Source of the DNA: Epiperipatus broadwayi
Taxonomy: Eukaryota > Animalia > Onychophora
Direction of reading: 5' to 3'
Assembly: GCA_028023455.1 (NCBI GenBank)
Contig: JAQFVV010000001.1
Coordinates: 10,168,001-10,232,000 of the forward strand
DNA length: 64,000 nucleotides
Part shown: positions 52,200 to 63,000 of the stretch, one piece after another
How the letters are laid out: every line of letters begins with the position of its first letter
Position numbering within the stretch: the stretch's first letter is position 1
Notes under the pieces: model-generated
What the model was told of the DNA's origin: nothing
The model's database searches: none
The model's input: the letters and a program-made list of their open reading frames with translations, nothing else
Position numbers and translations under genes: made by a program

Positions 52200-55100
52200 A
52201 GAAGAAAATTAAAATGGAAATAGATAGTGGGTCCGGGATTTCGTTAATTTCTAAAAAGTTGTGGAATGAAATAGTTATAGATAATCCCTGGATAGAATTA
52301 CAAAAAGTATTGTTAAAAATTAAAGATGTAAATGGAAATCCCATTAAAATGGTAGGGAAAGTTAATGCAAAAATAACTCATACCAAAAGGAATTACGAAC
52401 TTCCAGTATATGTAGTACAAAAAGATATTACTCCGTTAACCCTTTTCCCGCGCTCGACGAGACTCCTCGTCGACATCTAAAATCACTCTAACTCAGTTCG
52501 TTTTTATACGATAAAATTCGTTAAATACGTATTGAATCGTTTTTAAAAGTTCTGTACGATGGTGACATCTTCCGATTTATTTTAGAAGTAAAAAATAAAA
52601 AAAAACGCATTTAAACCTAAACAAAGAAGGAACATTATTTGTGATTGGTTCTTAGCATGCTCTCAGCCGAAAAAGACATTCTGATTGGCTGGAAAGAACA
52701 AAGAAACTGCCTGATCAAAGAAAATAAAGAAAAATGCTGAGATTTTCATTTCGAATATGATTTAAATTATTATTAAATAATATTTATGGAAATTAAACAT
52801 AATTTTCAGAGAGAATAATAAAAAAACAAAATTATTTTCGAAAAATATTGAAGATTTAAGTAAATATATTGAAGATGTAGTAAAAAGAAATATTTACTTT
52901 TCTATAACGTAAAAGTCGATCTTTTTGTTTACATTATAACTTTTATGTTGCCGATATAGAATATCTTAGAATAAATAAATAGCAATTTATTTTTGAAAGA
53001 ACTTTCGTTTTCTTCATGACCTGAAAAATTAATTATATACTTTTTATAAACGTATCTGAGTTGAATTTAATATTATAGGCGAATATGTTTTAACAATAGG
53101 CTTTGTCTTCAGTTTGTGAGTTGGCCAATTAAAAGATTTGATTTTTATCTGATACAACCAATGATTTAATTAGCGGTTTAAGGGTTAATAGGTCGTGATT
53201 GGTTTGATAAGTTGGGAATAAAATTTTCAATAGTTAAAAAGATTTCAGTTGAGAATAAAATGTTAGTAAAATACCCAAAATTATTCACAGAGGAATTGGG
53301 GTTGATCGATACAAAACCGATTGAATTAAATCTAAGTGATAATGCAAAACCTTGTATTTGTAGACCCAGAAAAATACCGTTCACGCAACGTAAAATGACT
53401 GAAGAAAAATTAATAAATTAGTTGAAACAGGTGTTCTGTCACTGATAGAAGAGTCGGAGTGGGCTACACCAGTGGTAATTTTAAACAAACCAGATGGTAG
53501 AATTAGAATATGCGGAGATTATAGAACAACTGTGAATAAGTATTTAAATAAGGGTTCATATCCCATTCCCAATATTAGAGAAATTTTAAGTAGCTTATCG
53601 AGTGCAAAATATTTTGCAAAGTTAGATTTGAATGCAGCCTATCACCAAATAAGAGTTACTGAAAATACAGCTCAGGTGTTAACATTGACAACCCAGTTTG
53701 GGCTTTTTAAATGTAACCGTTTACCATTCGGAATAACATCGGCTCTGAATATTTTCCAAGCAAAGTTAAACAGAATATTAAATGGTATTGAAGGTGTACA
53801 CCCATATTACGATGACATTTTAATTGCAGAATCAACGTCGGGTAGGTTAGCTGAAAAAATTAAAGTTATCTGTAAAAAGCTATGTAATGCAGGGGTTAAA
53901 CTTAACTTGAAAAAATGTGTATGGGAAACGCAAGAAATAAAGTTTCTGGGGCATTTAATTACTAAAAAAGGTAAAAACCCTTTAACTGAAAAAATAAGTG
54001 CAGTTAAAAATGTAGACTCACCTAAGAGTGTTAAACAGCTGCAAGCTTTCTTAGGACTGATAAATTTTTTTGAACCTTTTTTAAAAAATAAAGCCATGAT
54101 AGCAGCACCACTGTACGAGTTGTTGAGGAAAAGTCAAAAGTGGACATGGAACGAAAGGCACGAACAAGCATTTAAGACAGTTAAACAATTATTAACATTA
54201 GATTCTTTTTTAGTGCATTTTGATCTAAATAAAAAAGTAGTATTAACGACCGACGCATCTCATTTCGGAATAGGAGCAGTATTAGCTCATAAAATTAATG
54301 GTTTAGAGAGACCCATAGCGTACACATTGAAAACGTCAAATGCTGAACGTAATTATAGCCAGCTAGATAAAGAAGTGCTAGCAATAATGTGGGCTGTTAA
54401 AAAATTTCATCAATATATTTATGGAAGAGATTTTACAATAATAACGGATCACAAGCCTTTAATAAGCATTATAGGGAAAGATTGCCCTATACTGGAACAT
54501 TTAAGCCCGAGAATGACCAGATGGGTAAATATATTAAAGAGTTATGATTTCAGTTTAGAATTCAGAAAAGGTAAATGTATAGCACATGCAGATGCTTTAT
54601 CCAGAGAACCGGAAAATAACAAGGAGAGTGAAATAGAAGTCGAAGTGAATTTCATCGATACATTCAATTCTAAAATGATAAATAGTAAAAACATTAAGGA
54701 GTGGACGGAAAAGGAAGAAAGTTATAGAATATTATGTAAGTGGATTAAAAATGGATGGCCAGAAAAGAAACTGGAACAGTTAGCAACCGCGTTCTGGATG
54801 AACAGAGACAAACTATCAATCTGTAAAGGGTGTATAGTGATGGGAGATTGAATAGTGGTACCTCCTGAAAGTAGAGGGAGAGTCTTGAAAATAATTCACC
54901 AAGGACATCCAGGGATAGTGAGATCAAAGGCTCTAGCCAGAAGTTATGGGTGGTGGCCAAAAATTAATGTAGATATTGAGAACTTTATAGATAACGGACC
55001 AAGCTTTGTGAGTAACGAATTTAAACAGTGCATGGACTCATGGAATATAAAACATATATTGACACCACTGTATCACCCCGAGTCGAATGGTTTAGCCAAG

Positions 55101-55556
55101 AGAGCGGTGCGACAAGCAATGCAATTTATTAAAAAGAGTACTAGTAGGAGTACACAGAAGATTTTAAAAAAATTCATGTGGTATCAAAACATTACACTGT
55201 CAACAACGACAAGAAAATCTGCTGCGGAAATACTATTTGGAAGAAAAATAAGAACTGGACTCGATTTCTTAAAACCAAAGAAATTCAAATGATGGGAACC
55301 AGGAGAAACAATAGAGAAATTTGGAAATGGAGATAACATAATGTGCAGAGACATGTTAAGGAAAAAATGGATAAATGGTATGATAGAGAAAAAATTATCA
55401 AAGCAAATTTACATAATTAAAGGTGAGGATAACCGAATCTATAGATGTCATAAAAATCATATTAGAAGATGGTATGAAAGTGAACAAAATAGTTACGATT
55501 CGCAACAACAAATAGAGATAGCAGATAAACCTAAAGAGATAAAACAGAACGAGTGA
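52200..55556 (+). pseudogene. Gypsy pol (protease, RT, RNase H, truncated integrase), disrupted
   Basis: Protease EIDSGSG (Asp codon 52223). RT: WATPVV, RICGDYR, KLDLNAAYHQ, LPFG, YYDDILI, FLGH. RNase H: TDASHFGIG, YSQLDKE, TDHKPL, ADALSR. Integrase: HQGHPGI, DNGPSF, YHPESNGLAKRAV. Interrupted by the 52440-53184 insert, a frameshift near 53415 and stops. Confidence 0.93.
52440..53184. mobile_element. Non-autonomous piggyBac-like element (MITE-like, 745 bp) nested in the Gypsy protease
   Basis: TTAA duplicated at 52436-52439 and 53185-53188. Ends CCCTTTTCCCGC and GCGGTTTAAGGG form an imperfect TIR (9/12). Removing the insert and one TTAA restores …DITP-LIGRDWF…. No transposase ORF. Confidence 0.85.
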
Positions 55557-55716
55557 AATACGGATATTAAAGCACAAGAGGAAATGGTTTTAGAAGAGAC
55601 AACGGAAATTGATAATAGTTTTCCTCAAGATGAAAAAAAATCACCGAGACCAGTGCGTTTTAAACGAAAAACAGCATATTTGGAAGATTTTGAAACATCG
55701 GAAAAACAAAACTTCT

Positions 55717-55731
55717 AAAGTGGGGGAGGAG
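55717..55731 (+). promoter_or_regulatory. Polypurine tract
   Basis: AAAGTGGGGGAGGAG immediately before the 3' LTR. Confidence 0.9.
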
Positions 55732-56465
55732 TGTTATATCTGTAAATCGTTGCCGATAAAAGTACTTTAGAAGTAAAATTGTGGGAAAATAAAAGTTATT
55801 ATTCTAAGCATAGAAAAGTATGTGCACACATAAATAAATAGAAAAAATTGAAAGGTATATAATAGTTATCTAAAAACGAGTGTTAAATTATGGCAGAAGA
55901 AAACATAGTTAAATGAAGTGAGAAGGAAAAGACTAAAATTGTGTAAACTGTAAATAAACTTATGATTTAAACAGAATAATGTTAAATCAAATTATAGAAA
56001 CAAAATCCAAGATGGAAGTAAAGATTAATAAAAAGATTATGAATTCCTGAGGTGATAAAAAACCTAGAGTAATTAAAATAACTTTTAATTAATAGACAAT
56101 GGAATGCGCGAGACTAAAACGCAGTTTGGAAAGAGAAAGTGATTCATTCTTTTCCTGAGAGCCGAAGTGAGTGCAAGGACTTTGTGAAATTACATTCACT
56201 CAGGAATATCAGATGCCACCCAGCCAACTTGGAGCTGAAGGTTAAAAGTACCGACTAGGGTAATGTACAACCCACCACGGGTTTATTTTTATTTTGTAAG
56301 CCTCCGGGTTTTGTAATAATATTATTGTGGGAAATCAGTAATATGTGTATTATTTAATAGACTAATTATAGATCTGTAAAATATATTAAATTGTATGTCA
56401 AATATATCTAACATTTGTTTTAAGTATTATTTGTAGTGTTTTTATTATTTTGTAAAGACATAACA
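55732..56465 (+). repeat. 3' LTR (734 bp)
   Basis: Follows the PPT, ends TAACA, and is followed by the TSD TATAC. Confidence 0.96.
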
Positions 56466-56855
56466 TATACAAAACTAAAAAAATGTAATTTCATGTGTTT
56501 CTGTTCAACTTTTGTTTTTTTTAAAAAAAAAAAAAATAAGAAAAAACATAGCAACAAACAAAAATAGAATACTTTTCACAGTTGTGATGAAAGCTTATGG
56601 AAACAATAGTTGTTTTTTTTTAATTTTTTATCAAAGTTATCTTCAATTATATTTAGGCTAAAATAACTTTTCTGTTTTCTAGAACATTTTTCTTTTATAT
56701 CCATGTGAATCTTTAAATTAGAGTTTAAATATCTGCTGAGATCTTAAACTTTGCTGGATTCTACATTATACAATCCTCATCATTATTTATTAATTAGATG
56801 AATTATTTTCTTTATTAATTTTGGTAATTTAATATGAATTTCATAATTAACATTT

Positions 56856-57042
56856 TTCAAAAAAGAGACAATTTACTGTGCTTAAAAGTTAAGACAATTT
56901 TAAAAACATGAAACACAAAATTATAACAATACAAGTTATTTGAATACTTTCAAAAAAGAGACAATTTACTGTGCTAAAAGTTAAGACAATTTTAAAAACA
57001 TGAAACACAAAATTATAATAGTACAAGTTATTTAAATACTTT
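56856..57042. repeat. 93-bp tandem duplication
   Basis: TTCAAAAAAGAGACAATTTACTGTGCT…TACAAGTTATTT at 56856 and 56949. Confidence 0.9.
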
Positions 57043-57660
57043 CTTGAAAAACTATAGCTCTCTAACTTTTCCATAGTTTAAAATTTTGTGAGGCAATGGT
57101 TTGAATTATTGGAAATCCAGTATTTACTTATTTTGCTTTCAAGTTGAGAAATATTACGTTAATTAAATGAAAGCTGAAAAAGATATGACATTTTTATATT
57201 TATTTTATCTTGATTTTTTAAAAAAAAATCTATTTTTATTGTTTGTTTTTTTTTCTTCCAGCTTTGCAAAAAAAAAATTTCAAATGATTTTTAATGTTTT
57301 AGATAACTTGATTAGCAATAAAATAAATTACGAAAAGAAATCATTTACGACAAGCAAAATCAGTTGTTTAAAAAACACCAAGAGTGGAGCGAGGTAAAAA
57401 TAAAAGCAATCTTTTATGAAACTGTTTAGTTAATTTTTTTCAACATAAACAAACTGAAATTCAAATTATCTAAATGATCAACATGAATTTATTTTAATAA
57501 AAAGTATTTAATTTTCATTCTAAAACTTAAGACTCTGCACCAATAACAATTAATCATCATAAGCATAGTAAACACAGATATATTATGATTATATAATACA
57601 TTCTAAATTGCTTTACTATAAGCATTAAAATAATAAAAAAATATTTAAATAAATATTTAC

Positions 57661-57745
57661 CTCTTCCTTTTCAGATGTCAGATTTCCATCAAAAACTTTT
57701 GCTACTAATTCGTTGTTTTCATCATCTAATAAAAATAATGAACAC
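57661..57745 (-). CDS. Pde2: Internal exon (85 bp) of a GAF-domain cyclic-nucleotide phosphodiesterase, PDE2-like GAF-B
   Basis: ATTTTCCATTTTTAG|G…GAG|GTAAAT splice signals. The frame reads (R)CSLFLLDDENNELVAKVFDGNLTSEKEE, matching the PDE2 GAF-B segment CSVFLLD-QNELVAKVFDG recalled from vertebrate PDE2A. Absent from the ORF track because it has no start codon. Confidence 0.75.
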
Positions 57746-58129
57746 CTAAAAATGGAAAATGTCAATTTAAGTCGCATTTAGTTCTAAATAAATTTATTAA
57801 CGAGATAAATATATATTTATTATACAAGTCTCTACCCAGCTTAGGAAAAGGCTGTGTTTTTTTTTTTTAATTGGTTACTTTAACAAAAAATTTTTTAGCA
57901 TTTAACGTAAATTAAATAAAAGATTTTAAGAATATAGTCATTATAGTCATAAACATTATCATTTTCAACTACCAAAGATCTGTTACACAATGAGCATGAC
58001 TACAAGGTTATTGTAGTAACTATGATCTACAGTTTCTGGGAGACTTACTATCTATACATTTTACATGTAAACTTATTTCTAGATGTCTTAATATTTTTTG
58101 GAATAAACTTTATTCATCCATTGTCATCT

Positions 58130-59110
58130 CTTCTAAAAATGTTTTAAATGAATCCAATTCAACCTCTCAATTTTCTTGACACTAATTCATATTTAAATGA
58201 ATTAATTTCTTTTAAATTTTTTTGTTGTTAATCAAAAAATACATTTTTTGTTTCTTCTCTTGTCCACGTGCAAAAATCATAAATGGGATTATAAAATACA
58301 TTTATTAAAAACCCTTACTCAGGCACATGAATAGAGTTGATAAATTTAATAAAGCCATTAGAAGATATATCTCCTGATAATAATCTCCTCAGATTCCTTT
58401 ATAATATTTGTGACATACTAAATACACAAATCTCTCTAGTTTTGCAAAAACATGTATTTTGCATCTCATTATCAATAATTTGCTTACTATAAAAACATTT
58501 GTTTTAATAGCAATCAAAATACAATTCTTGTCTCTTTATTTAGATATTTCCACAAGCATTTTTCATTTACATTGCTCTCAGAAAAATAATCGATAAAGTA
58601 CACATTTTCTTTTTGTACTATTCTAGATATACGAATCCCTCTTAAATTTGCTTCCAAATATAAATATATTCATTGAACTTTCAACTTTCAATATTTTTCA
58701 ATTCTTATGTTAAAATTTCCCATAACAATTTTAAAATGTCATTCAATTTATTTTCAAAAGTACTCAGTACACATAATATGTATAAAAGTGTTTCATATAA
58801 TAAAACCAGAACTTCTTGGGATATAAACTTCAATTGCTTTCATCTAATATATTCCAGTAATATCAGCATCTAATCTTGTTATTCAATGTGAATACTTTAA
58901 ATATGTAATCTTTTATTATAAATACAACTTTTCTTGAATTTATAATATTTTTAATATATGTAAACTTTTAAAACAGATAGCTTCTTACTTCCTTCTAATA
59001 AATATCAACAATATCCCATTTAATATATGATGCTTCCCTTTCCAATTTATACAAACTTTCTTCACATAAATATTAAAATTGCTCAAACCTTGAGAATTTT
59101 TGATCTCATC
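58130..59110 (-). pseudogene. Degenerate LINE (RTE-like) endonuclease remnant
   Basis: Minus-strand remnants in the expected order: IEVYIP (cf. IQVYAP), IVMGNFN (cf. GDFNA), NCILIA (cf. IDYILI), GDISSN (cf. ADIxSDH). Confidence 0.5.
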
Positions 59111-62100
59111 TGTCATTAATAATCAATTGTTGCCTTAAATGATATTATAATACTAAGAAAAAAGAAAAACATATTTTTCTATTGTCACGAATTATGATTT
59201 GAACAAGATTAAAGAATTGATGGCAGTCACTCAATCCACTAGTAATAGAATTTTTTATTATTTCACACACATCTGTCTATGCACTCATATAAATATGTTC
59301 TTTAGACTGTCTTCAAGAAAAATCACTTAATATCTTATTCATAAACTATCAAGTTGTGAAAACAAAAGATTATGATATAAATTTAATCTCAAACTTAGAG
59401 ATGAAAAAAAACCCACACACATATTAATCTATGTGTAATGAAAAGTAGCCTATTCAGATTTGTTTATTCTATAAAACAAATAGAAAAAGTAACAATAATT
59501 ATGAAAACTTACCTTATTTGATTATTTTAAAATCTAAATAAGAAATTAAAAGATTTACTTTCAGTTTAAAGCAAACTACTTTTTTATAGATGATATTAAA
59601 TTTCAATGGATGGATTATTAAATTATAAAAAAATATATGTAACAATTGAAATAAAAATTGTTTATGTAACTAAAGAAGAGAAAAAAATAGAATTTATATA
59701 ATTCTTAAGATATTATTATTATTAAATCAAAACTGATTTCTGGCAATTCTATAAATAGTATTTTCTTTAGAATGATTGTAAAAGTCCATTAATTTAAATA
59801 TGATCATCTTCTTTCAATTACAATATCAATAACAATCTCAACTTATTCATTTGTCTTTAAAGTAAAAGTTCATGTTAAATTTGATCAAAAACTAATTTTC
59901 ATTTTCTCAGCTGCCCAGAGTATTGTAAGTCTTTGTATTTACTACATTCAAAAACACCAATATTTTGCCTATTCATCGAACTACCACACCTATAAAAAGA
60001 ATCATTAAACATCATAGCTTTAATAATTCTGATCATTATGTTTAAAAATAGTTAACCTAAAAAGTTTTCCAGGCTTTTAATTCTAATCTCAATTAGTGGA
60101 CTCACTTTTTAATAATGATTTAAACTAATATGATTTTATGTTCTATAGGTAAAGATTCTCTTACATGTGAAACGGAATCTGAGATTCAGATTACGTTTCA
60201 CAGTCCTATCCGATCCATCACCGCCAAACTGGATTCAAATCCCAGTCCTACGTGTATACACACACCTATTTAGTTAATTTTTTTTAAATTTTATATTCAA
60301 AATAAATGTTAACCAGAGATTTAATAATCTTGAATTAAATAAATCAATAATATTTCATATAATTTTAACAGGTTGTATATGTGCGTAAATCACATGTATA
60401 TATTAAAAGTGATAGGGAATTAGGTATAAATTAATATTTATGTTTGTATATGTTATATGTAAATGTATATTTAAAATATTATATACTAAAAATACATATG
60501 TATGAAATGGCGCTTGGGATGATGTAATCGGCTTGGTAGCATTCTAAACCAAAATCAATTAGCGTGATTAAATTATAATCTCTATTAAAAAATTAAATAA
60601 ATTTCATTAACAAAACTTATCACTTGGTAAAATCTATTTCTGAGCCAGAAATAGATTTAGAACAATTGTTTCAAAAATACTAATCCGTTTGCATTGTTTT
60701 ACACTACCTGATTAAGAAAGGAGAAATTCCTTACTAAAAGCTGTTCTGCAGTATTCTTTTATAGCCACAGGTATTACAACTTAATAGCATTCCTTAGATA
60801 AATCGGCGTCATATAAATAGGGCCCAAATTCAGTCATCAGGGAGAGTATGTAGATTTGTAAGGCATCCGCTGAACGAATCTACGTCACTCAAATTTTTCA
60901 AGAAACACCTTCTCTCCATGACCAGGCCAACTCAGCTCCAGCCAGCCCGCCACTACTGATGAACACCCACGAACCTGCTATACTGTGAAAACCAACCGAG
61001 TGATCTGCTACCTGCTTTTCAAAGGTAATGCTGTAAAGTGACGCCCTTATGAACTCAGAACTTTCTCCTGATTAACTCTTAAAATGTGAAAGAATTTAAT
61101 ATTAATTATTTGTAACTTTTATAGTCTATTTTATTCTATAACCATTTTGAATAGCCTTGTAATTTTTTTTATTTTTAATTTAATACGGCAATTATTTTAT
61201 TAATATTTTGTCTAATATATATATTTTAAATGCTAAATGACATTTCAATGAATTCCCACCCTCACCAGTATAGTTATTTTTATCTTAGCTCCTCGCATTA
61301 GATAGGAGTAACACTTAATTTTAATTAGTTTGTTTTTACTTTTAAAACAATAACGCTTGCTAGGTTGGGAGAAGACTTAAAAAAATGTTTTACTAATTAT
61401 TATACTTTATGTGTAAACAACAGAGGGAGAAATAAAGTTTACAATTTATGCACTGTTAATAATTTCCGTAAGAGCGCAATATTAATGCAAACAAATATGT
61501 TAAATGTATATATTACTTTTTTATGTTTTTATTCTCACCCATCTAAACATATATATGAGTATTTTTCTTAAAGCACACCTTAGACTTAATTGTATACAAT
61601 GTTATACATATGTGGAGTTTTATTAAATAAGTGTAATGAAAGGGGGGAGGGGATTTAGAACTTTGATTGGTATTAAAAATACTTTTCTAATAATGTCTTT
61701 AAACTACATTTAATAAATACAATCATATCATTATCTTTGATGTTATCATTATAGGTTATATGATTAATTATAGATATGTGACTAGTTATTAGTCCATCCC
61801 AAAGCATTGTTAGCATAGGCCACTCATGTTATTAAGCTTTATCTAGAGATGTGTGTCGGAATGCCAGAGTCGTTTCATTTTCGTTTCAGGTCGTAAACAG
61901 GGCGATGTATGTCCCTGGACCATATATATACTCACGTAGCAATGCATGGAATAATTCCAGCAAAGTTCGGCCTATTGCAATCCCTTTGTCAACTGATTCC
62001 ACAAAATGTGGGGTGGCAAGTCGGCTAGACTGTTATCTGTAATCTGATAAAGCACCTCAAAATATTGGATCCACAGATATTCGGCCATTATGCTAACACC

Positions 62101-62759
62101 GTGACACTTTATATTAGATCCCTCTTTTCAAAAAGCTCAAGCCTATAAATATCTGTATCTAATGCTATGGTCTAACTAAACATATCTCATGAATTAAATA
62201 ACTTTTGATGTGTCTCTTAACGACTCTCTATATATAATTTAAAGAAATAATCCCACATATGTTCATCATGCAAATAAAGTAAATAAATCTTTATAAAAAA
62301 TTATATTTTCTTATATATTAAAGTTATGATAGCTTGGCCGGATAGTTAACTGACAATTATGTAACCCATCCTGGGATCAGTCAAGGTTATGTTTTTGTTT
62401 GTAATTCGGGTGAATCATTAAAATTGTACACTTTATAAATGTGCTAGATTAATTGAAATGTCATCAAAATTCTTCATAACTTATTTGTAAACACTTAATA
62501 TAATGCTCAAGTGTGAGTAAACACAATATAATTTATTTGTAATATGAGGCTAATCACCATTTAATATAATTCAAATGTATATATTTTTTATTTCTATTTG
62601 TTCATTATTAAATATAATTTTAAAAACTAAACATCTGATTATTGTTCATTCTTTAGTTAATTGATTTAGTTAAATTTTAAATGACATGATTTGTAGAATG
62701 ATGTAAGATCCCACTAAAGTTAAGCATAAGTGTTTGTCTGTTTTAAAATGTATATATGC

Positions 62760-63000
62760 ATTTATCATGATTTTCCCCTGAGTCTCTTTGTTTCTCCGAT
62801 GTGCGATGTGGCTGGTGGTGAATTAAATATTCTAGTATCATCGGATTTGCTGCTCATAAGTAACTGAACCTGGAATCTGGGCATACAGGGCAGAGTTCAT
62901 TATTGTTCCTGACATATGTATCTCACACATGATTAGACTCGAGGTACTTTTGCCTAGATGCCAGATCTTGTTATGTGGACAGACAATTTCGACCGGTACA
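62760..63000 (+). mobile_element. Probable 3' end of another LTR related to 35373-37143
   Basis: Ends …TTTGCCTAGATGCC…TTTCGACCGGTACA versus …CTGCCTAAGAGGCC…TTCGAACCCGGTACA at 37143. The 5' end was not fixed. Confidence 0.35.

Larger units (their letters stand above)
50553..56465 (+). mobile_element. Ty3/Gypsy LTR retrotransposon (Mag-like layout), defective
   Basis: Two 734-bp LTRs with TGTTA…TAACA ends and 18 differences by eye; perfect 5-bp TSD TATAC (50548-50552, 56466-56470); PBS and PPT present; gag with two CCHC knuckles, then PR-RT-RH-IN order. Confidence 0.96.
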
